Shown: piece by piece, positions 1-10,131 of the stretch
Numbering within the stretch: the stretch's first letter is position 1
Layout of the letters: every line of letters starts with the position of its first letter
Virus record (IMG/VR): IMGVR_UViG_3300045243_000055
Span: 1 to 61,432 of that record
Reading direction: 5' to 3' (one strand)
Length of the DNA: 61,432 nt
From: a virus
Taxonomy: Duplodnaviria; Caudoviricetes
Made by a program: the position numbers and the translations under genes
Notes under the pieces: generated by a model
What the model saw: the letters and a program-made list of their open reading frames with translations, nothing else
Databases searched by the model: none
Told to the model about the DNA's origin: nothing

Positions 1-138
1 GCGAACATGACCATCCAGTTCCTCGCTGGTCAGTTGGTCGTCACCCTCGCCTGATCGTCGATGGCGTTCCCGGCTGGCATCACGCTCGATCTGGATTTCA
101 CGGCCGGGCTGCCGGCGGGCAATACATTCACGCTCGAC
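1..138. repeat. Terminal direct repeat, left copy (circular assembly overlap)
   Basis: 1-138 matches 61295-61432 with one mismatch (T127 vs G61421); ORF 60731..61348 and the start of ORF 61..3273 are present in both copies. Confidence 0.95.
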
Positions 139-3100
139 TTGATGACGCCGGGCACGCTCGATCCCGGCATCACCTTCACCCGCGCGTCGATCGGCACGTA
201 CTTCGATGTGAACGGCATCGTGCAGACCGCCGCGAGCGGTGCGGCGCGCTGGGACTACGATCCGGTCACACACGTCATTCGCGGTCTACTGATCGAGGAG
301 CAGCGGACCAACACCGCGTTGTGGAGCGGTGATTTCACGCAGGTGACCTGGGGCAAGGCCAGTTGCACGCTCGCTGCTGGAACGGCGGGACCGAACGGCG
401 CCACGACCGGATCAGGGATTATCATCAACAGCGGCGTGGTCGGTTACCTGACCCAGGTCATCACGCCGACTGTCGGCACCTCCTACACGATGAGCGTATT
501 CGCGAAAGCCGGCACCCAGGTGACCAGCACGTTGCTGATGCCGGGCGCTTGGTGGGCTGACGCGATAAACCGCGCCGCGGTGTTCAATCTGTCCACCGGG
601 CAGATGACGCAGGTCGCGGGAGGCACCGCAGTCGGGTCAATCGTGCCGATCGGCAATGGCTGGTATCGCATCTCGCTGACGGCGACGCCGGACACTGCGA
701 ACAATGGCTCCTTTCAGTTCATGCGCGCGCCGGTCAATGGCGATGGCGTCTCGGTGTTCTATTACGCTTGGGGAGGCCAGATCGAGATCGGCGCCTTTCC
801 CACGAGCTACATCCCGACGACCACCGCGACAGTCACGCGAGCGGCGGATGCGGCGACCATGCCGACCTCGACATGGCTGACCAGCCCGACCGCGTGGACG
901 TACGCTGTGGAGGCGATGCTTCCGGCAGCCGGCGGCACGCCGATCTATGCCCAACTCGATGATGCCACGAACAACAACCGTTCCTCGGTCGCCTCCGACG
1001 CCGGACTGGTTAACATGCGCGGGTTCGAGGCAAGCGGCGGGGCGACCACGCTCAATACCTTGAACGCGGGATCACCCACGGTAGGTATGCCGTTCCAGGT
1101 CGCGATGTCATCAGCGGCGAGCGCGCACCAACTCGCGCTCAATGGGTCTTTAGCAACGCTCGGCACGAATGCGAGCCCACCGCCGATCGTGACGACGCTG
1201 CGGCTGGGCAAGGGAAATGCCGCGACGTCTGGCTCGTTCTATCTGCGGCGGTTTCGCTATTGGTCGCGCGCGCTGTCGGCCAGCGAGATGCAGGCCGTGA
1301 CGACATGGCAGTTCGCCCGCGCCAGCATCGCGACCGACGGCTTTTATACCGATGCTCCGGGTTCGGCTTTCAACACCTATCCCGCCAACACGCCGCGCTT
1401 CCTCAATGGCGGCCTCTATCTCGAGGAAAGCCACAACAACTGGCTGTTGAACAGCGGCGCGCCCGCGACGCAGACCGTCTCGCTCGGGTCATCGGGTGGA
1501 GTGTACTGCCTCTGGGTGATCGGCACAGGCAGCGCCACGGTCACTGCTGGTACTGCGGTGGGCACCGGCTTCGGCAGCGTGGCGACGGCCGGCACTCCCG
1601 CGTTCTTCACCGTGTCCACGTCGGGCACCGTGGTCGTCACCGTCGCCGGCTCGCTGACGCGGTTTCAGTTGGAACGCGGGCCGGCCGTTACCGCCAGCAC
1701 CACATTCCCAACCTCCTACATCCCCACGACCGGCGCTGTGGTCGCACGCGCTGTCGACGTCTGCACGGTGCCGTCTGGCGGTTGGTACAATCCGGCGGCC
1801 AGCACGTTCTACGTCGAAGCCGTCGATCGGGTTACACCGATCGGCACCTCGCCGGTGGCGATGTATGCCGGCACCTCGCGTTCCGGGTTAATCCATCGCT
1901 CCACTGGCACAGTCTCTATCGTCGATACGACCGCAGGATTTACGACGGACCTGCCGGGTGGTGCGGTGGCGGATAATGTCCCCTACCGGGCGATGGGCGC
2001 ATTTCGCAACGGCCGCCAAGCCGGCGCACGCGATGGTGGGGCAGTATTCACCAATGCGGCCGCGACGATTTCCAGTGGCCTGACCACGCTGGGGATTGGC
2101 GGCTACAACAACGGCTCACTGCCGATGACCGGGACCGTCCGGCGGGTGCGCTACTGGCCGACCGATCTCGTCGATGCCGACCTGCAGATGGGGTCAGCAG
2201 GACAGGCGTGGGTCACGGCGCAGGTGTTCGCCAAGGGCCGGGCGCGGTCGCTGCCGCCTTCCTTGGTCTCGCCGATCGCCGCACGAAGTGTCGCCCTCGG
2301 GCGTGGTCGCGATAGCGCCCCTCGCATCTTCCCCATCATCGCCGCCGGTCGGTCGGTCGGTGCGTCCCGGCCAGCATTCCTTGCGGGCATCCCGCTGACT
2401 GGCCGAAGCGTCGCCATTGGTGCCGGCAACAGCGCGCCCGGCTTCGTCCCGGTGCAGATCAATGTCAGAGGTCGGGGCGGCACCACCGGCCGCGCACTGC
2501 CGCCGTTGGCGCCCGTCGCGGTGCTGGCGAGTGGCGGGGCCGCGCTGCGCGCCGCCGGGGTCAACGTGTCCGGCTCGAATGTCGGTTCCCGCGCCCGCGC
2601 CACCGCCCGGCTTGTCGGTGGGCAACTCGCCCTGGCCGCCCTCGCCGCTCGCGCCAGGAGCGTCGTGGCAGGCGTGGCCCCGCAAGCGGCCCTGTCGGCG
2701 CTGCTCGCCGGCGGCCGCGCTGTAGCACGCGCTGGTGCGGCTGGTGCGCCGATTTGCGTCGTGCTGGCGCTCGGGCGCGGCCGCAGCAAGCTGCGCGCCG
2801 GCCAGAGCGTGCCTTCGCTGGTCACGGCGCGAGGTCGGGGCAGCGTCAGCGTCCTCGCCCTGCTGCCCCCGCCGACCTCGCCGCTACAGGCGCGCAGTGG
2901 GGCGGTGGCGCAGGCCGGCGTGACACGACTGGTCCTGGCGATGATGGCGGCTGGTGGTCGGGCACAAGGCCACATCCGCGCCGGCCAGAGGATCAATCAG
3001 CCGATCGTCGCGCTGGGCCAGGGGAGCACGCAGGGTCTCCCCGTCGTGTTCCCTCTCGCCGCCTTGCGGGCGCGGAGTGCGCTGACGAGCCAGGGTCGCT

Positions 3101-3273
3101 TCGATGCCTGGGTCGCGCGTTCGCTGCTGCGGGCACGCGGCGGCGGCGTGCTGGTGCTCTACGCGACGGTGCCTGCGCGTCGCGTCGTCCGGCACGTCTC
3201 GCTGGTTGGCGTGGTGCGCGAGCCCCGTCTGACCGGAACCAAGCAACAGGTCGATCTGCAAGGGGTGCTCTGA
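61..3273 (+). CDS. Large virion appendage protein with two LamG/ConA-like units and an Ala/Arg/Gly-rich C-terminal region
   Basis: Duplicated FTRAS...GLLIEE...FPTSYIPTT...RRxRYW modules typical of phage head/tail fibre proteins; continues the tail operon across the junction. Confidence 0.7.
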   Translation: MAFPAGITLDLDFTAGLPAGNTFTLDLMTPGTLDPGITFTRASIGTYFDVNGIVQTAASGAARWDYDPVTHVIRGLLIEEQRTNTALWSGDFTQVTWGKASCTLAAGTAGPNGATTGSGIIINSGVVGYLTQVITPTVGTSYTMSVFAKAGTQVTSTLLMPGAWWADAINRAAVFNLSTGQMTQVAGGTAVGSIVPIGNGWYRISLTATPDTANNGSFQFMRAPVNGDGVSVFYYAWGGQIEIGAFPTSYIPTTTATVTRAADAATMPTSTWLTSPTAWTYAVEAMLPAAGGTPIYAQLDDATNNNRSSVASDAGLVNMRGFEASGGATTLNTLNAGSPTVGMPFQVAMSSAASAHQLALNGSLATLGTNASPPPIVTTLRLGKGNAATSGSFYLRRFRYWSRALSASEMQAVTTWQFARASIATDGFYTDAPGSAFNTYPANTPRFLNGGLYLEESHNNWLLNSGAPATQTVSLGSSGGVYCLWVIGTGSATVTAGTAVGTGFGSVATAGTPAFFTVSTSGTVVVTVAGSLTRFQLERGPAVTASTTFPTSYIPTTGAVVARAVDVCTVPSGGWYNPAASTFYVEAVDRVTPIGTSPVAMYAGTSRSGLIHRSTGTVSIVDTTAGFTTDLPGGAVADNVPYRAMGAFRNGRQAGARDGGAVFTNAAATISSGLTTLGIGGYNNGSLPMTGTVRRVRYWPTDLVDADLQMGSAGQAWVTAQVFAKGRARSLPPSLVSPIAARSVALGRGRDSAPRIFPIIAAGRSVGASRPAFLAGIPLTGRSVAIGAGNSAPGFVPVQINVRGRGGTTGRALPPLAPVAVLASGGAALRAAGVNVSGSNVGSRARATARLVGGQLALAALAARARSVVAGVAPQAALSALLAGGRAVARAGAAGAPICVVLALGRGRSKLRAGQSVPSLVTARGRGSVSVLALLPPPTSPLQARSGAVAQAGVTRLVLAMMAAGGRAQGHIRAGQRINQPIVALGQGSTQGLPVVFPLAALRARSALTSQGRFDAWVARSLLRARGGGVLVLYATVPARRVVRHVSLVGVVREPRLTGTKQQVDLQGVL

Positions 3274-3983
3274 TGCTCGACGGTGTCTCTGTCATCGCCC
3301 CGCAGAACTTCGACATGGTCGCAGGCGACACCACGCTGCTGACCGTCGCGGTCATTGACGAGGCGGGCGCCATTGTGGACCTGACCAACGCCACCGCGAT
3401 CTGGCAGATGGCGCGCACGGCGCAGACCCCGGCGCTGCTGACCAAGACGACCGATGCCAACGCCGGTATCACGATCACCGACCCGCTCGGCGGGATCCTG
3501 ACCGTCCTGCTCGACCCAGGCGACACCGAGGGGTTGACCGGCCGCTGGTACCACGAGCTCGAAGTCATCGACGTTGCTGGCGACATCAGTACCGTCATCA
3601 CCGGCTTCGTCACGATCCGCCCCGACCTGATCCGCCACGATGCCAACGCGCCGCCAATCCCGCCGCCGCCGCTCGACAGTTTGGAAACCATCGCGCGCAA
3701 GGCAGGCGACGCCGCCCTCGCCGCCGCCGATCTGCTGCTGGTGCCGCTCGATGGCTCGCGCACCATGACCGGGCTGTTGATCCTGTCGGGTGACCCGCAG
3801 GACCCGCACGGCGCTGCCACCCGACAATACGTCGATGCTCATGTGCCGCCCGGCGCCCCCTTTCTGCCGCTCGCGGGAGGAATCATCACGGGGCCCGTAG
3901 TGATGCTGAACCTGCCGACATCGAACGCGGGGCTTCAGCCCGGCACCTTGTGGAACAACGGGGGCTTCCTATGCGTCGCCTAG
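3273..3983 (+). CDS. Putative baseplate/fibre-associated structural protein (BppU-like N-terminus)
   Basis: ATG at 3273 overlaps the upstream stop; GDTTLLTVAVID..VDLTNATA..YHELEV pattern; DPQDPHGAATRQYVD fibre-like motif. Confidence 0.55.
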   Translation: MLDGVSVIAPQNFDMVAGDTTLLTVAVIDEAGAIVDLTNATAIWQMARTAQTPALLTKTTDANAGITITDPLGGILTVLLDPGDTEGLTGRWYHELEVIDVAGDISTVITGFVTIRPDLIRHDANAPPIPPPPLDSLETIARKAGDAALAAADLLLVPLDGSRTMTGLLILSGDPQDPHGAATRQYVDAHVPPGAPFLPLAGGIITGPVVMLNLPTSNAGLQPGTLWNNGGFLCVA

Positions 3984-6900
3984 TTTTTGCCGCCCTACTC
4001 CTGCTGGGGTTCTGTGGCGTCGCCGAGGCCGCCTGTCCTGCTGTGCTGACCGACTGTCCGAACATGAACGCCAACGCCGGCTCGTTTGGCGGTGAACTCA
4101 AGGGCCCGGTCAAGGCGACCGGAGGCACGACGCTGCGCGGATTGTCGGATCGCGTTGCCGACACGCTGAACGTGCTCGACTTCGGTCCAGGCGGTGCGGT
4201 GGTCGATCGCACCGGGGTCAGCGATACCTCGGCGGCGATCCGAGCGGCGGTCGCTGCCGCCTGCGCGGCCGCGCCGGTCAAGTCGGTGTTCTTCCCGCCC
4301 GGCACCTACATGATGGATACCCTGGTCACCATCCCTGCCAACTGCCATCGCCTGACGATTTATGGTGAGCCTGGGACTGCCATTATCAAGGGCACGGCAA
4401 CCAACGCCTCGAACCCGATGCTGTTTAGCGCCACTGGCATCGACCACCTGAGATTCATCGGACTGAACTTCGATGGCAACTCTGCGGTGTCCACCAACAT
4501 CAGGGGGTTGATTGTCATCGCCGCCCCGATGGTCGGACCCGAGTTCGATCATGACGTTTTCACCAATGTGCGTGGCACCGCCATCTGGGCGGTCGGCGGC
4601 GGAGGATTGACGGGCCGCAATGCCACCATCCTTAGCTTCGGGGACACCACGATAACGCTGACTGCCCCGGTGCCTGGACTTAAAGCAGGGGCCTATATCA
4701 ATGGGTGGATCGAAGCCGATTATTACCTGACCGACGTTTCTGGTGTCACGCTCACCCTGTCGAAGCCAAGCGATCAGACGAATTTCGCCAATTCGCTATT
4801 CAGGTTCACCCCGTCCTTCGTGACGAGCGCCGACGCCTTCACCGGCGATCTGACGCTGCTGACTGCCGACACTACCGGTCTGGCTGTCGGACAGGTCTTG
4901 GAATTTCCCGGTTCCAGATGCCTTGTGAGGGGCACCCGAATCACGGCTGTGGCAACCAACGCCTCGGTGACGATCGACCAGACGCCAGTATGCAAGATAC
5001 CCAGCGGCTCGGCCATCGCCTCCGCCGCCGGCATCGCCGAACTCAAGATCACCAATAGCAAATTTGAACGGATCGGCGATGGTCTGCGCACCGCCGGCAG
5101 CGCCACCTACACCACATCAGGGACCACGGCAGCGGGGTCGAAGACCATCACCTTCAACTGCGTCTCCACCGGATGTGGGCGGGTTGGTTTGATCCCTGGC
5201 GATTTGACGGCGGCGAGCGGTTTGCCGGCCGGCGTGCCGGTCAATGATCTGGTCATCGACGGGCCTGTGCCGAACAACACCGCCTCGACCTACACCGTCA
5301 CGCTGAAGGCGCCGGTCACCCAGACCATTGCTGCCGGCACTCCGATCCCGTTCGCGGTCGGCGCCAGTTCCGGCAACGGCTATCCGCTCTGGTATGCGTT
5401 CGGTGGCTGGTTCGCCAATACCAACAGCCTGATCGCCAACAACTATTTCGGTCACTCGTGGTCGTCGCCGCTGTTCTTTCTGAACACTCAGGGCCTGACG
5501 CTGAGCCACAACACCTACCGCGTGGACTTTCAGGAGTTCCAGCTACCCACCATCGCGCCATCCGCTTGCATTGCAGCGGCATCAAGCATCGACCTGACGA
5601 TCGACGGCGATGTGTGCTCCGGCGCCACCGGCAACGGTATCGAGGCCGACAACAATATCAACTTCAAGATCATCAACATGTCGTCCACCCGCAACGGCAC
5701 GAACGGGTTGTTCTTCTGTGGCGGCCGCAATGTGCAGGTGGTCGGTGGCAATTTCAGCAACAACGCCCAGTGGAGCAAATATCCCTTGGCGCAGCAGCCA
5801 GATCCTAATTACGCATCGAATGGTATCACGCTCGGCGGCTCGTGCTCCTATGCCCAGAGAGGAACCATCTCCGACGTCGCATTCACCAACGTCAGCGCCA
5901 GTGACTATCAGGCAACCCCCACGCAGAACCACGGCGTCGCGCAATGGAACCGGAATGCCACTATCAACAACCTGACCTTTGGCCAGATGAGCCTCGTGGG
6001 AAATTTGGGCTCGCCATACGATCCGCTGATTGATCCCAACCCGCCGGTGCCGCCTCCCGGCACCGACAACCGGCTGATTAACCCCTGTGCCAAGCTGGCG
6101 CAGGGCACCGAGGGCGCGGCGGTGATACCGGGCGGCAACTTCTATGTCACGGATGGTTGGCTGGCAGCAGCCACGCCGGCCAACGTCAAATACCAGCGCA
6201 CCAACACGCCGTTGACCGGTTGTGGAACAGCAATCACCGCGACGGTGCTTACTCAGTACACGCCGACCGCGACGCAGTTCAGCCGCCTAGAGCAGGGTAT
6301 GCAGGCGGCCGATCTGGTGGACCTGAAAGTCGGCAAGCCGGATGCGAAGCCGCTGATCTTGGATTTCTGCGCGGTCGCCTCGACGGCCGGCGACTATCCC
6401 TGGACGGTCTTTAACGGCTTCGCCCCGCGTCCGCGATCCTATGCCGGCATCTTCACCATTGTCGCGCCGAATGTGCCGCAGTGTTACTCGTTCTCGTTCC
6501 CCGGCGATACCGTGCAGGCGTTCAGCCAAGTCGCGACCACTTTCGCGCTGTTCCTGTTCTTCGACATGGGCAGCGGATCGAACTGGCAGACCTCGACCTG
6601 CAATAGCTGGGTAGACGGCAACGCATTGTCCTGTTCCTCGGCGATCGGACTGCAAACGCTGCCAGTCGGTCAGACCATGACCATCTCGTCGGTGCGGCTC
6701 TATCCCGCTGCCGTCGACTCGCCCTGGAAGCCACGCACCGACAGCGCAGAGCTGGCGCTGGCGCAGGAATACTACACAAAGAGCTTTCCGCAGGGCACCG
6801 CGCCGGCACAGAACGCCGGGATCACCGGCGCATTCTGCGTGCAGAATAAGACGCCCGGCGATACGCCGTCATTCCTGTGGAGCTTCCCACAGCAGATGTG

Positions 6901-7102
6901 GAAAACGCCGGTCATCACGACCTACAACCCGTCCGCTGCCAATGAGAAGTGGCGCGACATCACCACCAACACGGACGTGGATGTCGTGGTGAATGGCGAC
7001 AACGCGGGCGACACCAACTCGGTGCTGATCTCTGCCGCAGGGCCGGTCGCTGGGGTCGATACGCTGTGCATCCACGCTGTGGCGAATGGGCGGGGGATCT
7101 GA
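3971..7102 (+). CDS. Tailspike/depolymerase-like beta-helix protein with an N-terminal signal-peptide-like sequence
   Basis: LNVLDFG..DTSAAIRAAV..VFFPPGTY pectate-lyase-3-like start; Asn-rich parallel beta-helix repeats; C-terminal ELALAQEYYTKSF fibre motif; MRRLVFAALLLLGFCGVAEA leader. Confidence 0.7.
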   Translation: MRRLVFAALLLLGFCGVAEAACPAVLTDCPNMNANAGSFGGELKGPVKATGGTTLRGLSDRVADTLNVLDFGPGGAVVDRTGVSDTSAAIRAAVAAACAAAPVKSVFFPPGTYMMDTLVTIPANCHRLTIYGEPGTAIIKGTATNASNPMLFSATGIDHLRFIGLNFDGNSAVSTNIRGLIVIAAPMVGPEFDHDVFTNVRGTAIWAVGGGGLTGRNATILSFGDTTITLTAPVPGLKAGAYINGWIEADYYLTDVSGVTLTLSKPSDQTNFANSLFRFTPSFVTSADAFTGDLTLLTADTTGLAVGQVLEFPGSRCLVRGTRITAVATNASVTIDQTPVCKIPSGSAIASAAGIAELKITNSKFERIGDGLRTAGSATYTTSGTTAAGSKTITFNCVSTGCGRVGLIPGDLTAASGLPAGVPVNDLVIDGPVPNNTASTYTVTLKAPVTQTIAAGTPIPFAVGASSGNGYPLWYAFGGWFANTNSLIANNYFGHSWSSPLFFLNTQGLTLSHNTYRVDFQEFQLPTIAPSACIAAASSIDLTIDGDVCSGATGNGIEADNNINFKIINMSSTRNGTNGLFFCGGRNVQVVGGNFSNNAQWSKYPLAQQPDPNYASNGITLGGSCSYAQRGTISDVAFTNVSASDYQATPTQNHGVAQWNRNATINNLTFGQMSLVGNLGSPYDPLIDPNPPVPPPGTDNRLINPCAKLAQGTEGAAVIPGGNFYVTDGWLAAATPANVKYQRTNTPLTGCGTAITATVLTQYTPTATQFSRLEQGMQAADLVDLKVGKPDAKPLILDFCAVASTAGDYPWTVFNGFAPRPRSYAGIFTIVAPNVPQCYSFSFPGDTVQAFSQVATTFALFLFFDMGSGSNWQTSTCNSWVDGNALSCSSAIGLQTLPVGQTMTISSVRLYPAAVDSPWKPRTDSAELALAQEYYTKSFPQGTAPAQNAGITGAFCVQNKTPGDTPSFLWSFPQQMWKTPVITTYNPSAANEKWRDITTNTDVDVVVNGDNAGDTNSVLISAAGPVAGVDTLCIHAVANGRGI

Positions 7103-7525
7103 ATGGCCGTTACCCAAGTCGTCTTGCACGGCCCTTCGTACGGCCAGGGCGATCCGGAGGTCACGCCGGAACAGATCGCCGCCGAGGTCAACGTCTCGCT
7201 GAACGAACTCGACGCGGCGATAGGGGGTCTGATGACGTTCACCGGCGCCACCAAGATAGATCGCTCCGGCGTCATCATACTCGGTGGTCAGGCCCAGCAA
7301 CTCCTGCCCGCCTACACCGCGCGCAAGGGTTGGTCGCTGCAGAACAAGTCGTCGGCCAATATGTGGTTCAACGACCTTGGCGCCGTCGCCGATCCCGCCG
7401 CCAACAGCAGCACCTACCTGCCGCCCGGCGCCTACTACGAGAGCGAGATCTACGGCGCGACCGTCACATCGGTGTCGATCATCGGCGACGCGACCGGCGC
7501 GCAGTACGTCGCGAAGGAGTGGTGA
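7103..7525 (+). CDS. Hypothetical virion-associated protein
   Basis: Tightly packed + strand ORF in the structural block. Confidence 0.6.
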   Translation: MAVTQVVLHGPSYGQGDPEVTPEQIAAEVNVSLNELDAAIGGLMTFTGATKIDRSGVIILGGQAQQLLPAYTARKGWSLQNKSSANMWFNDLGAVADPAANSSTYLPPGAYYESEIYGATVTSVSIIGDATGAQYVAKEW

Positions 7526-7526
7526 C

Positions 7527-8285
7527 GTGCCGATCACCTATCCGCCGACCGGCATCCGCTTCGTCGAGTTCATCGCCCCTGGCACCTACACCTTCTTCGT
7601 GCCGCCTTTGGTGACCGGCGCGGTGATCGACGGCTGCGCCGGGGGCGGTGGCGGCGGCGCGGGCTGGCAGAGCGCGTCGCAGGCATCGGGCGGCGGTGGC
7701 GGCGGGTCTGGCGCCTGCTGGACGGGCTATCCGCTCGTGCTGGTCCCGCAGAGCACGCTGACGATCGTGGTCGGTGCGGCCGGCGTCGGTGGCATTGTCG
7801 GTGGGGCTGCTGCAACAGCCGGCGGCATCACGACGATTGTCGGCGCGCTGCTGGCCGGCGCGATCTTCACCTTCCAACTCAACGGCGGTGCGGCGGGCAG
7901 TCCGCCGGTCAGCGCGACGGTGGGCGGTGCCGGCGGACAGGGTGGCCCTAGCGGCCAGGGCGGCGCTGGCGTCACGGCGAGCGTGTGGTCGCCGTGGTAT
8001 GTCGGCGGCAGCGGCGGCGGAGCAGGTGGCACCAACGTGGCGACCGGCACCAATGGCGCGGGCGTTGCGCCGCTCAGTGGTTCTGGTGGCAGCACCGGGG
8101 CAGGCAACGGTAGCGGCGGCGGTGGTGGCGCCAGTCAGTTCGGCAGCGGTGGTCGCGGCGGCGCTGGCGGTGCCGTTCCTGGCCTTGGTGCCACGCCCTT
8201 CGGCAGCGGTGGTGGCGGGGGTGGCGGTGGGTGGAATGCCAACGGCGGCAACGCCACGCCCGGCTATCTGAGGCTGCGCTTCTGA
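7527..8285 (+). CDS. Glycine-rich domain protein (tail fibre associated)
   Basis: GTG start; FIAPGTYTFFVP...GGGGGG...GYLRLRF glycine-rich pattern. Confidence 0.65.
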   Translation: MPITYPPTGIRFVEFIAPGTYTFFVPPLVTGAVIDGCAGGGGGGAGWQSASQASGGGGGGSGACWTGYPLVLVPQSTLTIVVGAAGVGGIVGGAAATAGGITTIVGALLAGAIFTFQLNGGAAGSPPVSATVGGAGGQGGPSGQGGAGVTASVWSPWYVGGSGGGAGGTNVATGTNGAGVAPLSGSGGSTGAGNGSGGGGGASQFGSGGRGGAGGAVPGLGATPFGSGGGGGGGGWNANGGNATPGYLRLRF

Positions 8286-10096
8286 TGATGACGCTGCTCG
8301 GCCATCGCGTGGCGAGCGACTACCGTGCGCCGGTCAGGCTCGACGGTCATATCAGCTACGGCCAGTCCTGGCGCTCCAATGCGTTCTATGACTTCCGCAC
8401 TTTCGGACTGAACAACGAGGCGCCGATCCCGTTCATGGTGTCGAGCCTCGGCGCGTTTCTCGGTCCCGGCCCGATGCCGAACAGTGCCGGGATCAGCCTG
8501 ACCAGCCTGCCGACCGGCACGACCAACTACGCACCCAGCGACGTGTTCTCCATCGGCCGCACGGCCATCGCGGCGCTGCAACTCCTGCGCTTCCGCGATG
8601 GGGTGATCGTGCTGCCGCCTACCTTGGAGATGTGCACGGCCTTCCCTGGCTCGACATGGCACAGCGGGCTCGGCGGAGGTCTCGCGCCGGGATCCAACTT
8701 CGTCGGCTCGATCGACGGCACGACGCTGACCGTCACCAGCTTGACGTCTGGGTATGTCGCCGGCGGCCAGATGGTGATCGCCGCTGGAGCGAACGCGCAG
8801 ACGCGGGTCTATGCGAACCTGAGTTCGACGCGCTCGAGGGAAGCAGCGGAAAGCCTGCTCGCTGACAACGACGACGATCTGGACGTGCAGCAATTGGACC
8901 CCGGCGGGGTCGGAATCTACCAACTGAACTTGAGCTTCACGTCGCTGCCGGCGCAGTTCACCGGGACCAACCCGGCTGCGTCGTTCACCGCATCATCGAG
9001 CTACGGCGTGATGACCGTGACCGACATTGCCTCGGGATCGCTGGCCGCCGGTCAGGGTATTTCCGGCGGTCAGCTTCCGGTGGGCGCGATCTTCCAAAGC
9101 CAACTGAGCGGAACGCCTGGCGGCCCCGGCACCTATCTGACCGGCCTGCCGCAGACCGTGGCGTCGCAGCCGATGATCGGCAACGGGGTCTCGTGGAACA
9201 ACATGCTGCCGATCCTGGCCGCGGTGAAAACCGGCGCCGGGGTGTTCCCGACGCCGAGCTATACCGACGTGCTGTTCTCGTCGGTCGGCTACACGCAGGG
9301 CGGCGCGGCCGACGGCACGAATGCCGGGAAGGTGCAGGACCTCACCGACATGGTGGTCGAGTTCGACAAGCTGGCGCTCAATCCGGTGCCGCTGAAATTC
9401 TACTTCTGCCTGCCCGCCCAGGTCTCGAACCAGACGGTTTTCAACGACAGCAACCAGGGCACCTACACGTTCTGCCGCACCCACGCGCCGGGGATGGGCG
9501 GCACCTACTCAGGCCGCGTCTTCGCGACCGGGCCGAGCTATCCGTACCAGTTCAATGGCGGCGACAACATCCATACCGGCGACTACGGCAGCAGCCGGTG
9601 GGGCGAGGTCGAGGGCTACGCGCGGTGGCTGGTGCAGGACAAGGGGATCGCCTGGACGCCGCTCTGGCGGCCGCTGACAGGCGGCGCGATCACCCGGACG
9701 GGTCAGGTCATCACAGTGCCCTGGGCGCGTCCTGCAGGGCCGGATTTCGCCAGCGCGGTGATGTCCTGGCAGAGCGATCCGAACGACGGCATCAAGGTGC
9801 TGCCGCAATACGGCTTCCATGTCCGGCGCAACAACATCGAGCTAACCGTCGCGCCGACGATCAGCGGCATGAACGTACTGCTCGCCATCACCGAGACACT
9901 TCATGCCGGCGACACGCTCGAGGTCTCCTATGCGTGGTACGGCCCCGGTGGCCCGAACCCAGGCATCTCGTCAGGCGTCGGCGGCAACTTGGTGATGCGC
10001 GGGCCACCGAGCGTGCTCTATCCGCACGGGTGGCAGGGCGTTGCGAAAACGATCGACGCCTGGGCGTGGCCCTTCATTGAGACGATGACGCTCTGA
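8285..10096 (+). CDS. Virion-associated protein, possible SGNH-like esterase/fibre
   Basis: SYGQS near N-terminus, QGG and DNIH motifs reminiscent of SGNH/sialate O-acetylesterase folds; repeated TLTVT..SG beta units. Confidence 0.45.
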   Translation: MMTLLGHRVASDYRAPVRLDGHISYGQSWRSNAFYDFRTFGLNNEAPIPFMVSSLGAFLGPGPMPNSAGISLTSLPTGTTNYAPSDVFSIGRTAIAALQLLRFRDGVIVLPPTLEMCTAFPGSTWHSGLGGGLAPGSNFVGSIDGTTLTVTSLTSGYVAGGQMVIAAGANAQTRVYANLSSTRSREAAESLLADNDDDLDVQQLDPGGVGIYQLNLSFTSLPAQFTGTNPAASFTASSSYGVMTVTDIASGSLAAGQGISGGQLPVGAIFQSQLSGTPGGPGTYLTGLPQTVASQPMIGNGVSWNNMLPILAAVKTGAGVFPTPSYTDVLFSSVGYTQGGAADGTNAGKVQDLTDMVVEFDKLALNPVPLKFYFCLPAQVSNQTVFNDSNQGTYTFCRTHAPGMGGTYSGRVFATGPSYPYQFNGGDNIHTGDYGSSRWGEVEGYARWLVQDKGIAWTPLWRPLTGGAITRTGQVITVPWARPAGPDFASAVMSWQSDPNDGIKVLPQYGFHVRRNNIELTVAPTISGMNVLLAITETLHAGDTLEVSYAWYGPGGPNPGISSGVGGNLVMRGPPSVLYPHGWQGVAKTIDAWAWPFIETMTL

Positions 10097-10131
10097 TGCG
10101 CGTCAGCGGCGGCATGGGAAGGAATTACAGC

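Noticed and set aside
1-138. Terminal repeat as a biological DTR or att site
   Set aside because: It falls in the middle of the tail operon and is best explained as assembly overlap; the terminase type suggests ends near 38.1 kb
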